A stretch of DNA of 64,000 bases from Phycisphaerae bacterium (GTDB taxonomy: Bacteria; Planctomycetota; Phycisphaerae; UBA1845; Fen-1342), in NCBI GenBank assembly GCA_963675745.2, contig CAXXWX010000012.1:18969-82968 (forward strand). Reading direction: 5' to 3'. This document shows positions 29,849 to 43,592 of the stretch, one piece after another. The notes under the pieces are model-generated. The model worked only from the letters and a program-made list of their open reading frames with translations, was not told the DNA's origin and searched no databases. The position numbers were made by a program, and so were the translations under genes. Positions within the stretch are counted from its first letter, which is position 1. Every line of letters begins with the position of its first letter.

Positions 29849-33048
<3,200 letters not shown>

Positions 33049-33219
33049 TGAGCGGCCGTACCGATATCAAGCTCGCTCTATGCACGACGCCACGAACCGC
33101 GCGGCGAGGAGAAGACCTCGCGCCGTGAAAGACGAGCCTCACAGTGGGGCGCCCCTTCCGGGCGCCCGCTGTGATCGATCGTGCGATGCACTTGCCTGTC
33201 TCAAAAGCGGAGATTCCAA

Positions 33220-34074
33220 ATGTCACCGTCGTTCGTAAAAGTGTGGGTGCCTGCCGCTCTAGCCGCAGGTTGTATTCTCTTCGCCGGCTGTTCGATTCCG
33301 AGGCCGTGGCCGGAAAGCCCGCTATATGAAACGCCGACTAACGACCCGAACTGGGTGGCGCCCGCGAACAAACAGGAAGCCATGGAGGCCATGGCGGGGC
33401 ACTATGCCCACTACGACATCGTCGCGTACGACGGCGAGACGGCCAACGGCCCGCTCGCCACGTTTATCGTCTCGTATGGCTTTACCGACCTGGTCATCGA
33501 AGACGAAGAGCTGGTTGCGTACGATAGCTTCTGCCGTGCCGAATACATCGCCAACCAGAACTTCGACACGATCTTCTCCGATGCCGCCACACAGGCCATT
33601 CAGCCGGTTGGTGCGATCGTCGACGTTTATGAGGAAGATGGGGCGTGGAAGCTATGGCGGCCGCCGACACCGACGCTCAACGGTATTGCCGGTGACCCGA
33701 ATGTGCCGCTGTCGATGGATCGCAACGACCCCCTGATCAGCGACGACGATAACGATGGAAAGCCCGGCGTGACCGTCGTCGTGAAGCTGTTCGGGTTCAT
33801 TGAGGGGGAGATCTATATCGCCCGGCGCGAGATATTCCAGAACGCCATGACGCTCTATTCCGATGGCAGCCTGCGGGGCAGCGTCATCGACGACTCGGAG
33901 CAGCTCGTGATCGGGGCGTCGCTCGCGATTCTGGACACACCCAACAACCCGCCGCAGCGGCGCGATCCCGGCCTGAATCCGATCATTCTGATACCGGTCG
34001 CGGATGACATTGACACGTGCGAAGAACTCATGGCGCTTCGAGATTTGCTGTTTCCCGCTGAGCCGGGATTCTGA
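33220..34074 (+). CDS. hypothetical lipoprotein
   Basis: Lipobox LFAGC; acidic DDDNDGKPG motif. Confidence 0.65.
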   Translation: MSPSFVKVWVPAALAAGCILFAGCSIPRPWPESPLYETPTNDPNWVAPANKQEAMEAMAGHYAHYDIVAYDGETANGPLATFIVSYGFTDLVIEDEELVAYDSFCRAEYIANQNFDTIFSDAATQAIQPVGAIVDVYEEDGAWKLWRPPTPTLNGIAGDPNVPLSMDRNDPLISDDDNDGKPGVTVVVKLFGFIEGEIYIARREIFQNAMTLYSDGSLRGSVIDDSEQLVIGASLAILDTPNNPPQRRDPGLNPIILIPVADDIDTCEELMALRDLLFPAEPGF

Positions 34075-34235
34075 GAGGAATTACCTGGCCATCCGTTAGA
34101 GTCGGCCGACTGCTGGGGCGCTTCGCGGTTGAGCGCGGCGACCGATGTCCGAGTTAGCGGTGCCTCGGAGTTTGGGGGTCGGCTTGCCTGAACGTCCGAA
34201 TCGGGGGTCGGACGCTACGGCAAACGTGATTTGCG

Positions 34236-35165
34236 CTAGGGCAGCGCCTGCCCGCGCGCGGCGAGGTAGATTCGATACCACGCCTCGCGCGACAGCTTGA
34301 CTTCATCCGCCGCAATTGCGTCCCGGATTCGATCGGGGTTGCGGCTCCCGACGATCGGCAGGATCCCGGAGGGGTGGTGCAGCAGCCACGCCAGCACGAT
34401 CGATGTTCGGCTGACGCCGTAGCGCTGGGCCTCGGCGTCGAGCGCGTTGAGCAAGCGTGCCGGCGCATCGCTGTTGGGTGAGGGCGGGTCGCCCAGGCGG
34501 CCGCCGGCGACGGGGCTCCACGACGTCGGCGTGATGCCATGCTCGTGAAGGTGATCCAGTGTTCCGTCCTCGAAAGGGCTCAGCCGCAGCGGATGCGCTT
34601 CGATCTGGTTGCAGATCAGCGGTTCGCGCAGGCGCGACTGTAGCAACGATGTCTGGCTGGGCGTGAAGTTGCTGACACCGAAATGCCGCACCTTGCCTCG
34701 CTGCTTGAGACGATCGAACGCCGCCGCGACCTCGTCGGGGTCGCTTAGCAGGTCTGGCCGGTGAAGCAGGTAGACATCAATCGTGCCGATACCCAGTCGC
34801 TTGAGCGACTCCTCACACGACCATTCGATGTGGGCGGCGGAGAAGTCGAACCGATGCGGGGCGTCCGCGTCGGGCTCGCCCGCCCAGCGTATGCCGACTT
34901 TCGTCGTGATGATGATCCGTTCGCGCAGGCCCGCGTTGGCTTTCAGGAACTCGCCGAAGATCCGCTCACATTCTCCATGGGCGTAGATATCCGCGTGGTC
35001 GAAGTGGTTGTAACCGGCCTCGACGGCCGCTTCGAGTGCGGCGAAAGCTTCCTTGCGGCGCGGTTCGTCAATCTCGGCCGGGTCCCAGGTGCCGGGGATG
35101 CGCATGCAGCCGTAAATCAGGCGTGTGGATTGCAAGCCGCTCTGTCCGAGTTGAACGTGTCTCAT
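34236..35165 (-). CDS. aldo/keto reductase (YdhF-like)
   Basis: YGCMR, FDHADIY, TKVGI, LLHRPD, GKVRHFGVSNF and WSP motifs. Confidence 0.92.
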   Translation of the reverse strand: MRHVQLGQSGLQSTRLIYGCMRIPGTWDPAEIDEPRRKEAFAALEAAVEAGYNHFDHADIYAHGECERIFGEFLKANAGLRERIIITTKVGIRWAGEPDADAPHRFDFSAAHIEWSCEESLKRLGIGTIDVYLLHRPDLLSDPDEVAAAFDRLKQRGKVRHFGVSNFTPSQTSLLQSRLREPLICNQIEAHPLRLSPFEDGTLDHLHEHGITPTSWSPVAGGRLGDPPSPNSDAPARLLNALDAEAQRYGVSRTSIVLAWLLHHPSGILPIVGSRNPDRIRDAIAADEVKLSREAWYRIYLAARGQALP

Positions 35166-35296
35166 GGTCGCTCCAGCGCTTGAGGATTACCTGACACGAC
35201 GATAGCGAGCGCGCAGGCCTGCGTCGAGACAGGAGTGACTCGAATCCGGGACGAGCACACTCACAATCCGTATCCCGCGATTCGCCGTCGTGCCGC

Positions 35297-36616
35297 TTAA
35301 TCCACGCCGCGCACGAGGCGCACGTAGTTGAACACGCGTTGCACGTCGCCCTGCGGTCCAAAGCCCAAGGCTGGCAACTCCGCCGCATCTCCATCTTTGG
35401 CGTCGCTGCGCTGGCAGCCGGCGCCGTGTACATCGGTGATGGTAGTGCCGTCGTACGCTCCCAGGCCGCGCCCGAAAGCGACGTAGACGGCACGACTACC
35501 GCTGCCATTCCAACTCAGATGGGTCGTGCTGGTCCAGAAGAACGGGTAGTCGGGTTCGCCGGCCAGGTTGGTGATCGCGGTCGTGTCAAAAACCGCATCG
35601 ATAGCCGGTGAGGCGGTTGTGTCCGGCGACCGTGTATAGTCCACGATGCTCTGGAGCTCCTTGGCGTTGGGCAGACGCCAGTCGTTGTATCCGAGGTGGT
35701 CCTCCGCATTCCGCTGACCGACCCACGCCAGGGCGTCTGCCCAGTTCATGCCCGCGCCGCTGTCGGATTGGGTCCACATCAATCCGGAGGCCTCGTCTGT
35801 GACCGTGCCGTCACCGTTGTCCACGAAGCGGTTCTCGCTATAGCCCGTGTCCCCGCGCACGCACATCACGCAGAACGTCTTGTCCCGTCCGAAAATCGTC
35901 AGGCCATAGCCCTTGATGCGACCGTCCGCGAAATTGACGCCGAAGAGTAGTTGGCCGGCTGCGGTCGAAACGTACATCGTACTGGAGGCGTATTGGGCGT
36001 CGATGATCCGCTCACCGGCGGCGGTATCGCCGTACGCAAAACCGAAGTAGTTGTTATCGATGAAGGGGATCATGCCGGCTGTATCCGCTCCATCCGGCGG
36101 TGGGTCGGTGCCGCGGAAGTCGATCAGCGAATACAGCTCCTTGATGCTCGGCAGCCGCCAGTCGTTGTACCCGCCGAAACTCTCCTCGTTGAGAACCGCG
36201 GGATAGAGCTGAGCCTCGGCCCACGTGAGCTTGTCGTCAGTGTCGATGTCGCCGTCACCATCCCTGTCCGGGCTTTGTTGCCAGGTCAGACCGGTGATAC
36301 CGTCGTAAACCGTCAGCCCGTCGGCGCTGAGTGTGTAGCTGGGCTGCGCGCCGGCGTACTGGGCGTCCTGACCGTGGAAGGCCTCGCCTTCGGCCGGGCA
36401 GGTAATCTCCACGAAGTCGCCGTAACACACGTCCTGGCCGGTATCGACGACCGTCCAGTTTTCCATGGCGACCGAAGTCGTGTCGCCCCCGGTCGCCGAG
36501 CTGTCGTCGTCCAGCGTGGACGTTACCGCATCCAACGGACAGCCCGCCATCAACGCCGTCGCTGCGACAGCCGCCGCAACGAACCACGCGCTGCGTATCT
36601 CAGTTCTCCGCTTCAT
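35297..36616 (-). CDS. DUF1566 (Lcl-like) domain lipoprotein
   Basis: Lipobox MAGC; two repeats of D..TGL.W..DWRLP(S/N).KEL; RBS GGAG. Confidence 0.85.
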   Translation of the reverse strand: MKRRTEIRSAWFVAAAVAATALMAGCPLDAVTSTLDDDSSATGGDTTSVAMENWTVVDTGQDVCYGDFVEITCPAEGEAFHGQDAQYAGAQPSYTLSADGLTVYDGITGLTWQQSPDRDGDGDIDTDDKLTWAEAQLYPAVLNEESFGGYNDWRLPSIKELYSLIDFRGTDPPPDGADTAGMIPFIDNNYFGFAYGDTAAGERIIDAQYASSTMYVSTAAGQLLFGVNFADGRIKGYGLTIFGRDKTFCVMCVRGDTGYSENRFVDNGDGTVTDEASGLMWTQSDSGAGMNWADALAWVGQRNAEDHLGYNDWRLPNAKELQSIVDYTRSPDTTASPAIDAVFDTTAITNLAGEPDYPFFWTSTTHLSWNGSGSRAVYVAFGRGLGAYDGTTITDVHGAGCQRSDAKDGDAAELPALGFGPQGDVQRVFNYVRLVRGVD

Positions 36617-36648
36617 TGTCAGAATCTCCTGGCGCAGGGACGACAACA

Positions 36649-38736
36649 CTAGCTGCCCGACAGCAGTGCCACGAACGGATCGATGTCGCCGTTATTGACG
36701 TAGCCATCCCCGTTGCAATCGGCATTCATGATCTCACAATCCGGGTGGGCGGCGGCGTAGCCGGCCGGGTCGCCAACCGCCAGCACGAACGCGTCGATGT
36801 CACCGTTGTTAACCGCGCCGTCGCAGTTCAGGTCGCCTACGCCGTACAACTCGGCGTCACGGACGAGGCGGACGTAGTTGTACATGCGGGACGCGTCACC
36901 CTGGGGCGCATCGCCGAAGTAGTAGCCATCGTACACGAAGGTGTAGCCGGTAAAGCTGCCATCCTTCCGGTCGCTGCGCTGGCATCCGGCGCCATGCACA
37001 TCCTGCCACTGGCTGTTCCAATAGCCCATGCCGCGGCCGAAGCAGACGTACGCGCCCGCTTCCGCAGCGCCACCCTCGTGGGTGTGCGTGGTACCGGTCC
37101 AGAACCAGGGGTAATCAACGGCACCGGACTCATTTGTGATCTGGGAGATGTTTAATACCGGGTCGATGGCCGCAGAGCCGGTCGCGCCCGGCGCCCGCGA
37201 GTAGTCGACAATGCTCTGCATCTCCTTGGCATTGGGCAGCCGCCAGTCTGAATAACCGAGGTGGCCCTCCGTGTTCTTCTGCTGGACCCAGGCGAGGGCG
37301 TCTTCCCAGATCATGCCGGAGCGCGGTCCGGTGTTGATCCCGTCGCCGCTGTCGTCCTGCGACCACACCAGGCCGGTGGCCAGGTCGGTGATCGTCCCGT
37401 CGCCGTTGTCCGCGAAGTTGTTGATGCCGTACTCGGTGTTCCCGCGACACAGGCGAACGTAGAACAGCTTATCGACGGGGTACCCTTTGATCCGCCCATC
37501 TGCGAAGTTCACACCGAACATCGCCTGTTGGCCGCCCATCACGGTGTCGAGAGACAGCGTTGTGGTTACCCACTGTGAGTCGATGATGCGCTCGCCGGCG
37601 GCTGTGTCGCCGTAGCCGAACTCGAAGCAATCAGTGTCGATGAACGGGATCAGGCCGTTGGGGTCGGTGCCTGCGACTGAGGGGTCCGTGCCGCGGAAGT
37701 CCATCAGCGAATACAGCTCCTTAATACTCGGTACGCGCCAGTCGCTGTAGCCGCCGTAGTTCTGCGCGTTCAGCGTGTCCGGGACGAGCTGACCTTCATC
37801 AAACGTCACTTTGTCATCGACGTCGATGTCGCCATCGCCATCCAGGTCGGCGTCCCGCATCCACGTCAGGCCGGTGACGTTGTCATAAACGGTCAGGCCG
37901 TCGCCGCTGATGGCGTAGCTGGGCTGGTGGCCGTCGATCTGGGCATCCTGACCGTAGAACGGGTCGCCGAAGGCGGGCGGCGTGATCGCGGAATCGTTGT
38001 CATAGCAGGTCATCTGGGCGGTATCGACGACCGTGTAGGCCCCGGTGGGCAACTCCGCAACCGTTAACACGGCGTCGTCCGACGTGGCCAAACCAAAGTC
38101 GTTGGTGATCACACAGCGGTAACTTCCCGCGTCGCCCCAGTCCACCGGATTGATCGTGTGGGACGACTCGGTCGCGCCGCCAATATCGACGGTGTCTTTC
38201 TGCCACTGGTATTCCAGCGGCTCGGTCCCATACGCCACCACCGTGAAAGTCACGGCGCTGCCCGGCGGCGCGGTCTGCGACTGGGGCTGCTGCGTGATCA
38301 TCGGCGGCACATCCCCGCCCGCGATCACCGTGAATCCGCCGGTCATCGAGAATGTGAGTGTTCCGCCTTCCGGCGGCGAGAACGTGATCGCAACATCCTT
38401 CGCTCCCGGCTGCTCTCCGGAAGGAATGTCGAAGACAGCCGTAATGACGTACTGCGTCGTGTGCGTCACGGAGCTGCCAATCAGGCTGCCGATCATCACG
38501 CTATCCGGCATGACTCCCGCGGGCGGTGCTGGTGGCGAATCCGTGTCCAGCGTGAAGGTCACGAGCAACGCCGTCGTACCCTGTGCGGCGGAGTTGGGGT
38601 CAACCGCCGTAGTCTCATTGGTGGCCTGCGCGGAGGCCGATGCAGCCGCCAGTTCAAGAACGAGTAGCAGGGCGACGGCCCCGTGCCGTCGTTCGGATTG
38701 CCGTCCCCGGTGAGAGTCCCTCTGAGTACGTTTCAT
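36649..38736 (-). CDS. secreted protein with Ig-like domain, two DUF1566 domains and C-terminal dockerin-like repeat
   Basis: ITQQPQSQT..YQWQKD..GSYRCVITN; DWRVPSIKEL and DWRLPNAKE; GDLNCDGAVNNGDIDAF / ADCNGDGYVNNGDIDPF. Confidence 0.85.
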   Translation of the reverse strand: MKRTQRDSHRGRQSERRHGAVALLLVLELAAASASAQATNETTAVDPNSAAQGTTALLVTFTLDTDSPPAPPAGVMPDSVMIGSLIGSSVTHTTQYVITAVFDIPSGEQPGAKDVAITFSPPEGGTLTFSMTGGFTVIAGGDVPPMITQQPQSQTAPPGSAVTFTVVAYGTEPLEYQWQKDTVDIGGATESSHTINPVDWGDAGSYRCVITNDFGLATSDDAVLTVAELPTGAYTVVDTAQMTCYDNDSAITPPAFGDPFYGQDAQIDGHQPSYAISGDGLTVYDNVTGLTWMRDADLDGDGDIDVDDKVTFDEGQLVPDTLNAQNYGGYSDWRVPSIKELYSLMDFRGTDPSVAGTDPNGLIPFIDTDCFEFGYGDTAAGERIIDSQWVTTTLSLDTVMGGQQAMFGVNFADGRIKGYPVDKLFYVRLCRGNTEYGINNFADNGDGTITDLATGLVWSQDDSGDGINTGPRSGMIWEDALAWVQQKNTEGHLGYSDWRLPNAKEMQSIVDYSRAPGATGSAAIDPVLNISQITNESGAVDYPWFWTGTTHTHEGGAAEAGAYVCFGRGMGYWNSQWQDVHGAGCQRSDRKDGSFTGYTFVYDGYYFGDAPQGDASRMYNYVRLVRDAELYGVGDLNCDGAVNNGDIDAFVLAVGDPAGYAAAHPDCEIMNADCNGDGYVNNGDIDPFVALLSGS

Positions 38737-39100
38737 GAGTCTTCTCCCTCGATTCTCGTTTCGTTTGTGTGCCCAGTGTGTAACGGCCTGCGCCTACCAG
38801 GCCGGCGGTGCGGGATGCGTCATTGCGTCACCCACGGTCCATGGAATCGCTATCACGCGAAACGGACACGGAGGTTGATAATCTACACCGCGTCGTGCAA
38901 TCTTCGGCCATCCTTGCCGTTTTCCAGGATTGACGGCGGCCGACCGCGCATGCCCGGCCATACGTAAAGTGCCGGCCGGCGGGGGGTTGCGAATTACAGC
39001 GCGCGCGTGGCGGGCGATGGTTCGCTGTGGATAATGGGTGTTTGATCACCTGCGTGGTGGAAAAGTGCGCTGAAGATCCGTTTACACCCGTGGAGCCGGT

Positions 39101-39751
39101 ATGGCTGACAAGACGGAGGAGTCGGGCGAGCTGCTCGCGCGGCTAGGCCAGGGCGACGAAGAGGCGCTCGCCGAGCTTTTCTCACAGCATCGTGACCGGC
39201 TGCTGCGAATGGTGGAGTTTCGGCTGGATGCGCGGCTACGGGGTCGCGTGGCGGCCGATGACGTTCTCCAGGAGGCTTACCTCGACGCTGCCAAGCGCAA
39301 GCAATACTTTGTCGACGACAACTCGAAGTCATTTTTCATCTGGCTGCGCATGGTGGTGACGCAGACGCTGATCGACGTCCACCGCCGGCACCTGGGCGCC
39401 CAGATGCGTGACGCGGGCCGCGAGGCCGCCAGACGTGGGGGGCGCTACTCGCAGACGACATCGGTTTCCCTGGCGGCCAACCTCCTGGGGACAGTAACCT
39501 CGCCGACGCTGGCGGTCCGTCGCGCCGAGCTGGCCGAACGCCTCCAGGCGACGTTGGACGAGATGGAGCCGATCGATCGCGAGGTGCTGGCGTTGCGGCA
39601 CTTCGAGGAGTTGACCAATCGTGAAGTCGCCGAGGAGTTGGGCATCCAGCAAAAGGCCGCGAGCATCCGCTACATCCGCGCACTGCGACGCCTAAAGGAC
39701 ATCCTCGCCGAGATGCCTCGTTTTGCGGATGCCTTCGGCGACGGCGTTTGA
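39101..39751 (+). CDS. ECF sigma factor (planctomycete kinase-associated type)
   Basis: RLDARLRGRVAADDVLQE, HRRHLGAQMRDAGRE, DREVLALRHFEEL and RYIRALRRLK motifs. Confidence 0.92.
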   Translation: MADKTEESGELLARLGQGDEEALAELFSQHRDRLLRMVEFRLDARLRGRVAADDVLQEAYLDAAKRKQYFVDDNSKSFFIWLRMVVTQTLIDVHRRHLGAQMRDAGREAARRGGRYSQTTSVSLAANLLGTVTSPTLAVRRAELAERLQATLDEMEPIDREVLALRHFEELTNREVAEELGIQQKAASIRYIRALRRLKDILAEMPRFADAFGDGV

Positions 39752-39781
39752 ACCAGGCCACCACCCGGCAGGATTCTGACC

Positions 39782-42700
39782 ATGGACGATCCGAACGCGC
39801 AGCGCGAGCCCTTTGAGCTGCTCGCCGACGACTTCACAGCGCGCTGTCGGCGCGGCGAGCGCCCCTCGATCGATGAATACGCTCGGGAACACCCCGCGCT
39901 GGCGGGTGACATCCGCGAGCTGTTTCCCACCATCGCCGCCATCGAGAACATGAAGAGTGCGGCGACGCGCTCCTCGAGCGGCGGCCCGGTCAGTGTCGAG
40001 CTGCAACTCGAGCGACTCGGCGACTTTCGCATCATCCGAGAGCTGGGGCGCGGGGGCATGGGCATCGTGTACGAGGCGGAGCAGGAGTCGCTCGGGAGGC
40101 GTGTCGCGCTCAAGGTGCTGCCGCGACAGTTGCTGCTCGATCCGGGCCAACTGGAACGCTTTGAGCGCGAAGCGCGCACGGCCGCCAATCTGCACCACAC
40201 GAATATCGTCCCCATCTTCGGTGTCGGCACACATGACGGATACCATTTCTTCGCGATGCAGTACATCCGCGGTGTCGGGCTGGACGTTGTCACGCGCGAG
40301 CTGCGCCGGCGGTTCAGCAGCGCCCGCGCGGACGCAGACTCCACACCATCCCGGTCACCGTCCAGTGGGGCTGACGCGGCCTTCGACGCTCTCAGCATCG
40401 CGCGTGCGCTGGCACGCGATGCGTCGTGGGATCGCCCGCACCCGGGCACCGAATCTCGCGTATCCACCGAATCCAGTGCGCCGACGAAGCGCCGGGCCGG
40501 CGGGAGCGCCGGACCCTCAGGCGACGAGTGCGGCGGCAGCGCGCCACGCGAATCCGAATCGGGCACCGATGCGCCGCCCGCGCTGTCCGTTGGTCCCGAG
40601 CATTGGCGCGGCATCGCACGCATCGCGTTACAGGTCGCCGACGCCTGCGAGTACGCGCACCGGCAGGGTACGCTGCACCGCGACATCAAACCGAGCAACC
40701 TGCTTATCGACGCCGACGGCATCGTGTGGGTGGCCGACTTCGGGCTGGCCAAGGCGCTTGACCAGGATGGCGTCACACAAACGGGCGGCGTGGTGGGCAC
40801 CTTGCGCTACATGGCCCCGGAGCAGTTCAAGGGCAAATCCGACGTGCGCAGCGATGTCTACAGCCTGGGAATGACGCTCTACGAGTTGGCGACGTTGCGC
40901 TCGGCCTTTGCCGCGACTGATCGTACAACACTGATCGACGCGATTATGCACGGGCGACCCAAGGCACCCCGGCAAAGCTGCCCCGGCATCCCGCGGGATC
41001 TGGAAACGATCATTCTCAAGGCCATCGCGCGCGAGCCGGATGCGCGCTACGCCACGGCCGCCGCCCTCGCCGGCGATCTGCGGTGTTTTCTCGAAGACCG
41101 GCCGATCCAGGCTCGCCGCGCGACGGTGTCTGAACGGCTCTGGCGCTGGGCACGTCGCAATCCGGCGCTCGCCGCGCTCAGCGGCACGGCCGCAACCCTG
41201 CTGGTTGCCGTTGCGGCGGTGGCGACCATTGCGTACGTGTACACAAGTCGGGCGAATGTGCAGGTCCGCAATGCCCTCGATGGCGAGCAAGAGGAGCGCC
41301 AGAAGGCGGAAGCGACCTCGGCATTAGCCATCGAGGCGCTCGACACGATCTTTGACCAGTTCGCGCCGATCCGGACCACCGCGGTTTCATCGCTGACCGT
41401 GGACGGCGCCGGGGATACCAAGATCGATGTGCCGATCGAACTGGTTCTTTCGCAAGAGAGCGCGACGCTGCTGGAGCACATGCTTGAGTTCTATCGCCGG
41501 CTGGCGGCCCAGGATGACGCGAACCCGGCCCTCCGCCTGAAGATCGCCGAGGCCAATCGGCGTGTGGGCAATATTCACTCCCGCCTGGGACATCTGGACG
41601 ACGCCGAGGCGGCGTACACGCAGGCCATACGGCTTTTCGAACAGCTTGAGGCCGATCGTGGCCCGACGCCGACCACGCGTGTCGAACTTGCCCGCATACA
41701 CAGTCAGTTGGGGACCGCGCTCATAGCGCAAGAGCGCATTGAAGATGGTCGCGAGTATTTCCGGCAGGCGCGGGACATTCTGGAGGCGTTACCATCAACA
41801 CCATCGCCATCGCCGGCGGTTCGTTTCGAGCTGGCGCGAACATACTACCTGCTTGCCAAGGCGCCGCGTCCGCCGATCCCGACCCCGCCGGGACGTGAGC
41901 CCGGCATGGGGCCGCCCCCGGATGGTGTGCCGCCGGCCGGCGAGCGTGGTCCCCCCGGGCGAGGTCACGGACGACCGGGCGGCCCACCGCCTCGACACGA
42001 GTTGCCTGATGAAGGAGGCGATTCCTGGGGCCGGGCGGTCGACATTCTGACCGACTTGAGCGCCGCGCATCCGGGCGTCCCGGACTATCGTCACCTGTTG
42101 GGTATCTGCTATCGCGACATGCCACCCCCCATGCCATGGTTCATTGATGATCATCCTTCACCACCTGATGCCATGGCTCGGGCCATCGAGATCCTGCGGC
42201 AGTTGGTGCGTGATTTCCCCGACGTTCCGGAGTATCGCTATGACCTGAGCGAGACCTATGCCATGGCGATCGATCATACGCCGGGCATAGGACCCGAGGC
42301 ACTGGCACTCGAGTCCCAGCGTCTGCGCGCCGCCCTGGACATCTCGGAGCGGCTCGTCGCCGAACATCCCAACATACCAGCGTACGTTGCCTCGCAGGTG
42401 CATATCCGCCTGAGGTTCGGGCGCGTCCTGCACCGCCTGAATCGGCTCCGCGACGCCGAAGAGCAGTTGCGGGAGGCGCTGGCTATCCAGACGGGGCTCG
42501 CGCGGCGTTTCCCCGACATGCCCAGCCATCAGGTGTCCGTCGCCGCGATCGAAGGCGCGTTTGCCGGGTTTCTGCGCCGGGATGGGCGGTTGGACGAGGC
42601 CCGGTCGCATCTCGATGCGGCGCTCGCGGCAATGGACCAACTGCCGGATGACTGGCAGCGCCCGCCCTACGTGCGCGATGTGCTCGCGGCGACCTACTTG

Positions 42701-42790
42701 GATCTCGCGCATGTGCTGCGACGCCTGGGGGATGAAACCGCGGCGGCGGATGCAGCCCGTCAGGCGGAGCGTTATCGCACCGAGCGGTGA
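39782..42790 (+). CDS. Hanks-type Ser/Thr protein kinase with TM and TPR-like C-terminus
   Basis: GRGGMG, VALK, HRDIKPSN, DFGLA, GTLRYMAPE and SDVYSLG motifs; hydrophobic segment followed by helical repeats. Confidence 0.93.
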   Translation: MDDPNAQREPFELLADDFTARCRRGERPSIDEYAREHPALAGDIRELFPTIAAIENMKSAATRSSSGGPVSVELQLERLGDFRIIRELGRGGMGIVYEAEQESLGRRVALKVLPRQLLLDPGQLERFEREARTAANLHHTNIVPIFGVGTHDGYHFFAMQYIRGVGLDVVTRELRRRFSSARADADSTPSRSPSSGADAAFDALSIARALARDASWDRPHPGTESRVSTESSAPTKRRAGGSAGPSGDECGGSAPRESESGTDAPPALSVGPEHWRGIARIALQVADACEYAHRQGTLHRDIKPSNLLIDADGIVWVADFGLAKALDQDGVTQTGGVVGTLRYMAPEQFKGKSDVRSDVYSLGMTLYELATLRSAFAATDRTTLIDAIMHGRPKAPRQSCPGIPRDLETIILKAIAREPDARYATAAALAGDLRCFLEDRPIQARRATVSERLWRWARRNPALAALSGTAATLLVAVAAVATIAYVYTSRANVQVRNALDGEQEERQKAEATSALAIEALDTIFDQFAPIRTTAVSSLTVDGAGDTKIDVPIELVLSQESATLLEHMLEFYRRLAAQDDANPALRLKIAEANRRVGNIHSRLGHLDDAEAAYTQAIRLFEQLEADRGPTPTTRVELARIHSQLGTALIAQERIEDGREYFRQARDILEALPSTPSPSPAVRFELARTYYLLAKAPRPPIPTPPGREPGMGPPPDGVPPAGERGPPGRGHGRPGGPPPRHELPDEGGDSWGRAVDILTDLSAAHPGVPDYRHLLGICYRDMPPPMPWFIDDHPSPPDAMARAIEILRQLVRDFPDVPEYRYDLSETYAMAIDHTPGIGPEALALESQRLRAALDISERLVAEHPNIPAYVASQVHIRLRFGRVLHRLNRLRDAEEQLREALAIQTGLARRFPDMPSHQVSVAAIEGAFAGFLRRDGRLDEARSHLDAALAAMDQLPDDWQRPPYVRDVLAATYLDLAHVLRRLGDETAAADAARQAERYRTER

Positions 42791-43012
42791 GGCCGGACTC
42801 GTGCAGTTCATGCCGACCACTGTTTGCTCGGCTTCAAAGCGCGCCGGCATCGTCATTCATCCCGCGAACGCAAACCGCCGCGTTTCTCCGGACACTTGTG
42901 GATGCCCGTGTGCGTTGTGGTCTGCCGGAAAGCAAACGTGAGCGCGTCTTCCGCGTCGATAAGGGTAGAATGGTGGTTCAGTGACAAGTGCGGCCGAACG
43001 GGATTCTGACCT

Positions 43013-43588
43013 GTGGACACCACGCGCCCCAGCCTGCTGATTCGTATCCGGGACGGCACGGATCGTACGGCGTGGGATGAATTTGACTCGATCTACCGCC
43101 CACTGCTCCACCGGATTGCGTTGGCGCGCGGACTCGATGCGGCCGCGGCCGAGGAAGCCACCCAGCAGTGCATGGCCGCCGTCAACCGCTACATCGGCGG
43201 GTTTGAATACGAGCCGAAAAGAGGCAAGTTCAAAGGCTGGCTGGCGACCATGGTCAACAACCGAATCAAGAACATGCTGCGTGACCGGCGCGATATTCAG
43301 GCCCAGACCAAGGACTTCGCCGAGCTGCATGACCAGGGGCCGTCGCCCGCCGATGTTTTTGACAAGCTCTGGCGTCAGGAACACCTGCGGCACTGTCTCC
43401 GCCTGATCAAGGGCGAGGTCGATGAATCCACTTTCAAGGCATTTGTGGCCTACGTCATGGAGGAACAGCCCGTCGAGCGGGTCTGCGAGGAATTCAACAT
43501 GACGCCGAACCAGGTTCACGCGATCAAGTCGCGCATGACTCGGCGAATCCGGCAGCGGATGACCGATCTTCTCGGCGACGAGGATTAG
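43013..43588 (+). CDS. ECF sigma factor (planctomycete kinase-associated type)
   Basis: TTRPSLLIRIRD..AWDEF..IY and RGKFKGWL motifs; C-terminal VHAIKSR region 4; GTG start. Confidence 0.9.
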   Translation: MDTTRPSLLIRIRDGTDRTAWDEFDSIYRPLLHRIALARGLDAAAAEEATQQCMAAVNRYIGGFEYEPKRGKFKGWLATMVNNRIKNMLRDRRDIQAQTKDFAELHDQGPSPADVFDKLWRQEHLRHCLRLIKGEVDESTFKAFVAYVMEEQPVERVCEEFNMTPNQVHAIKSRMTRRIRQRMTDLLGDED

Positions 43589-43592
43589 CCCC

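Noticed and set aside
35297..38736. DUF1566 pair as DGR template/variable repeats
   Set aside because: Both copies are coding and their differences are not adenine-specific; ordinary paralogy.
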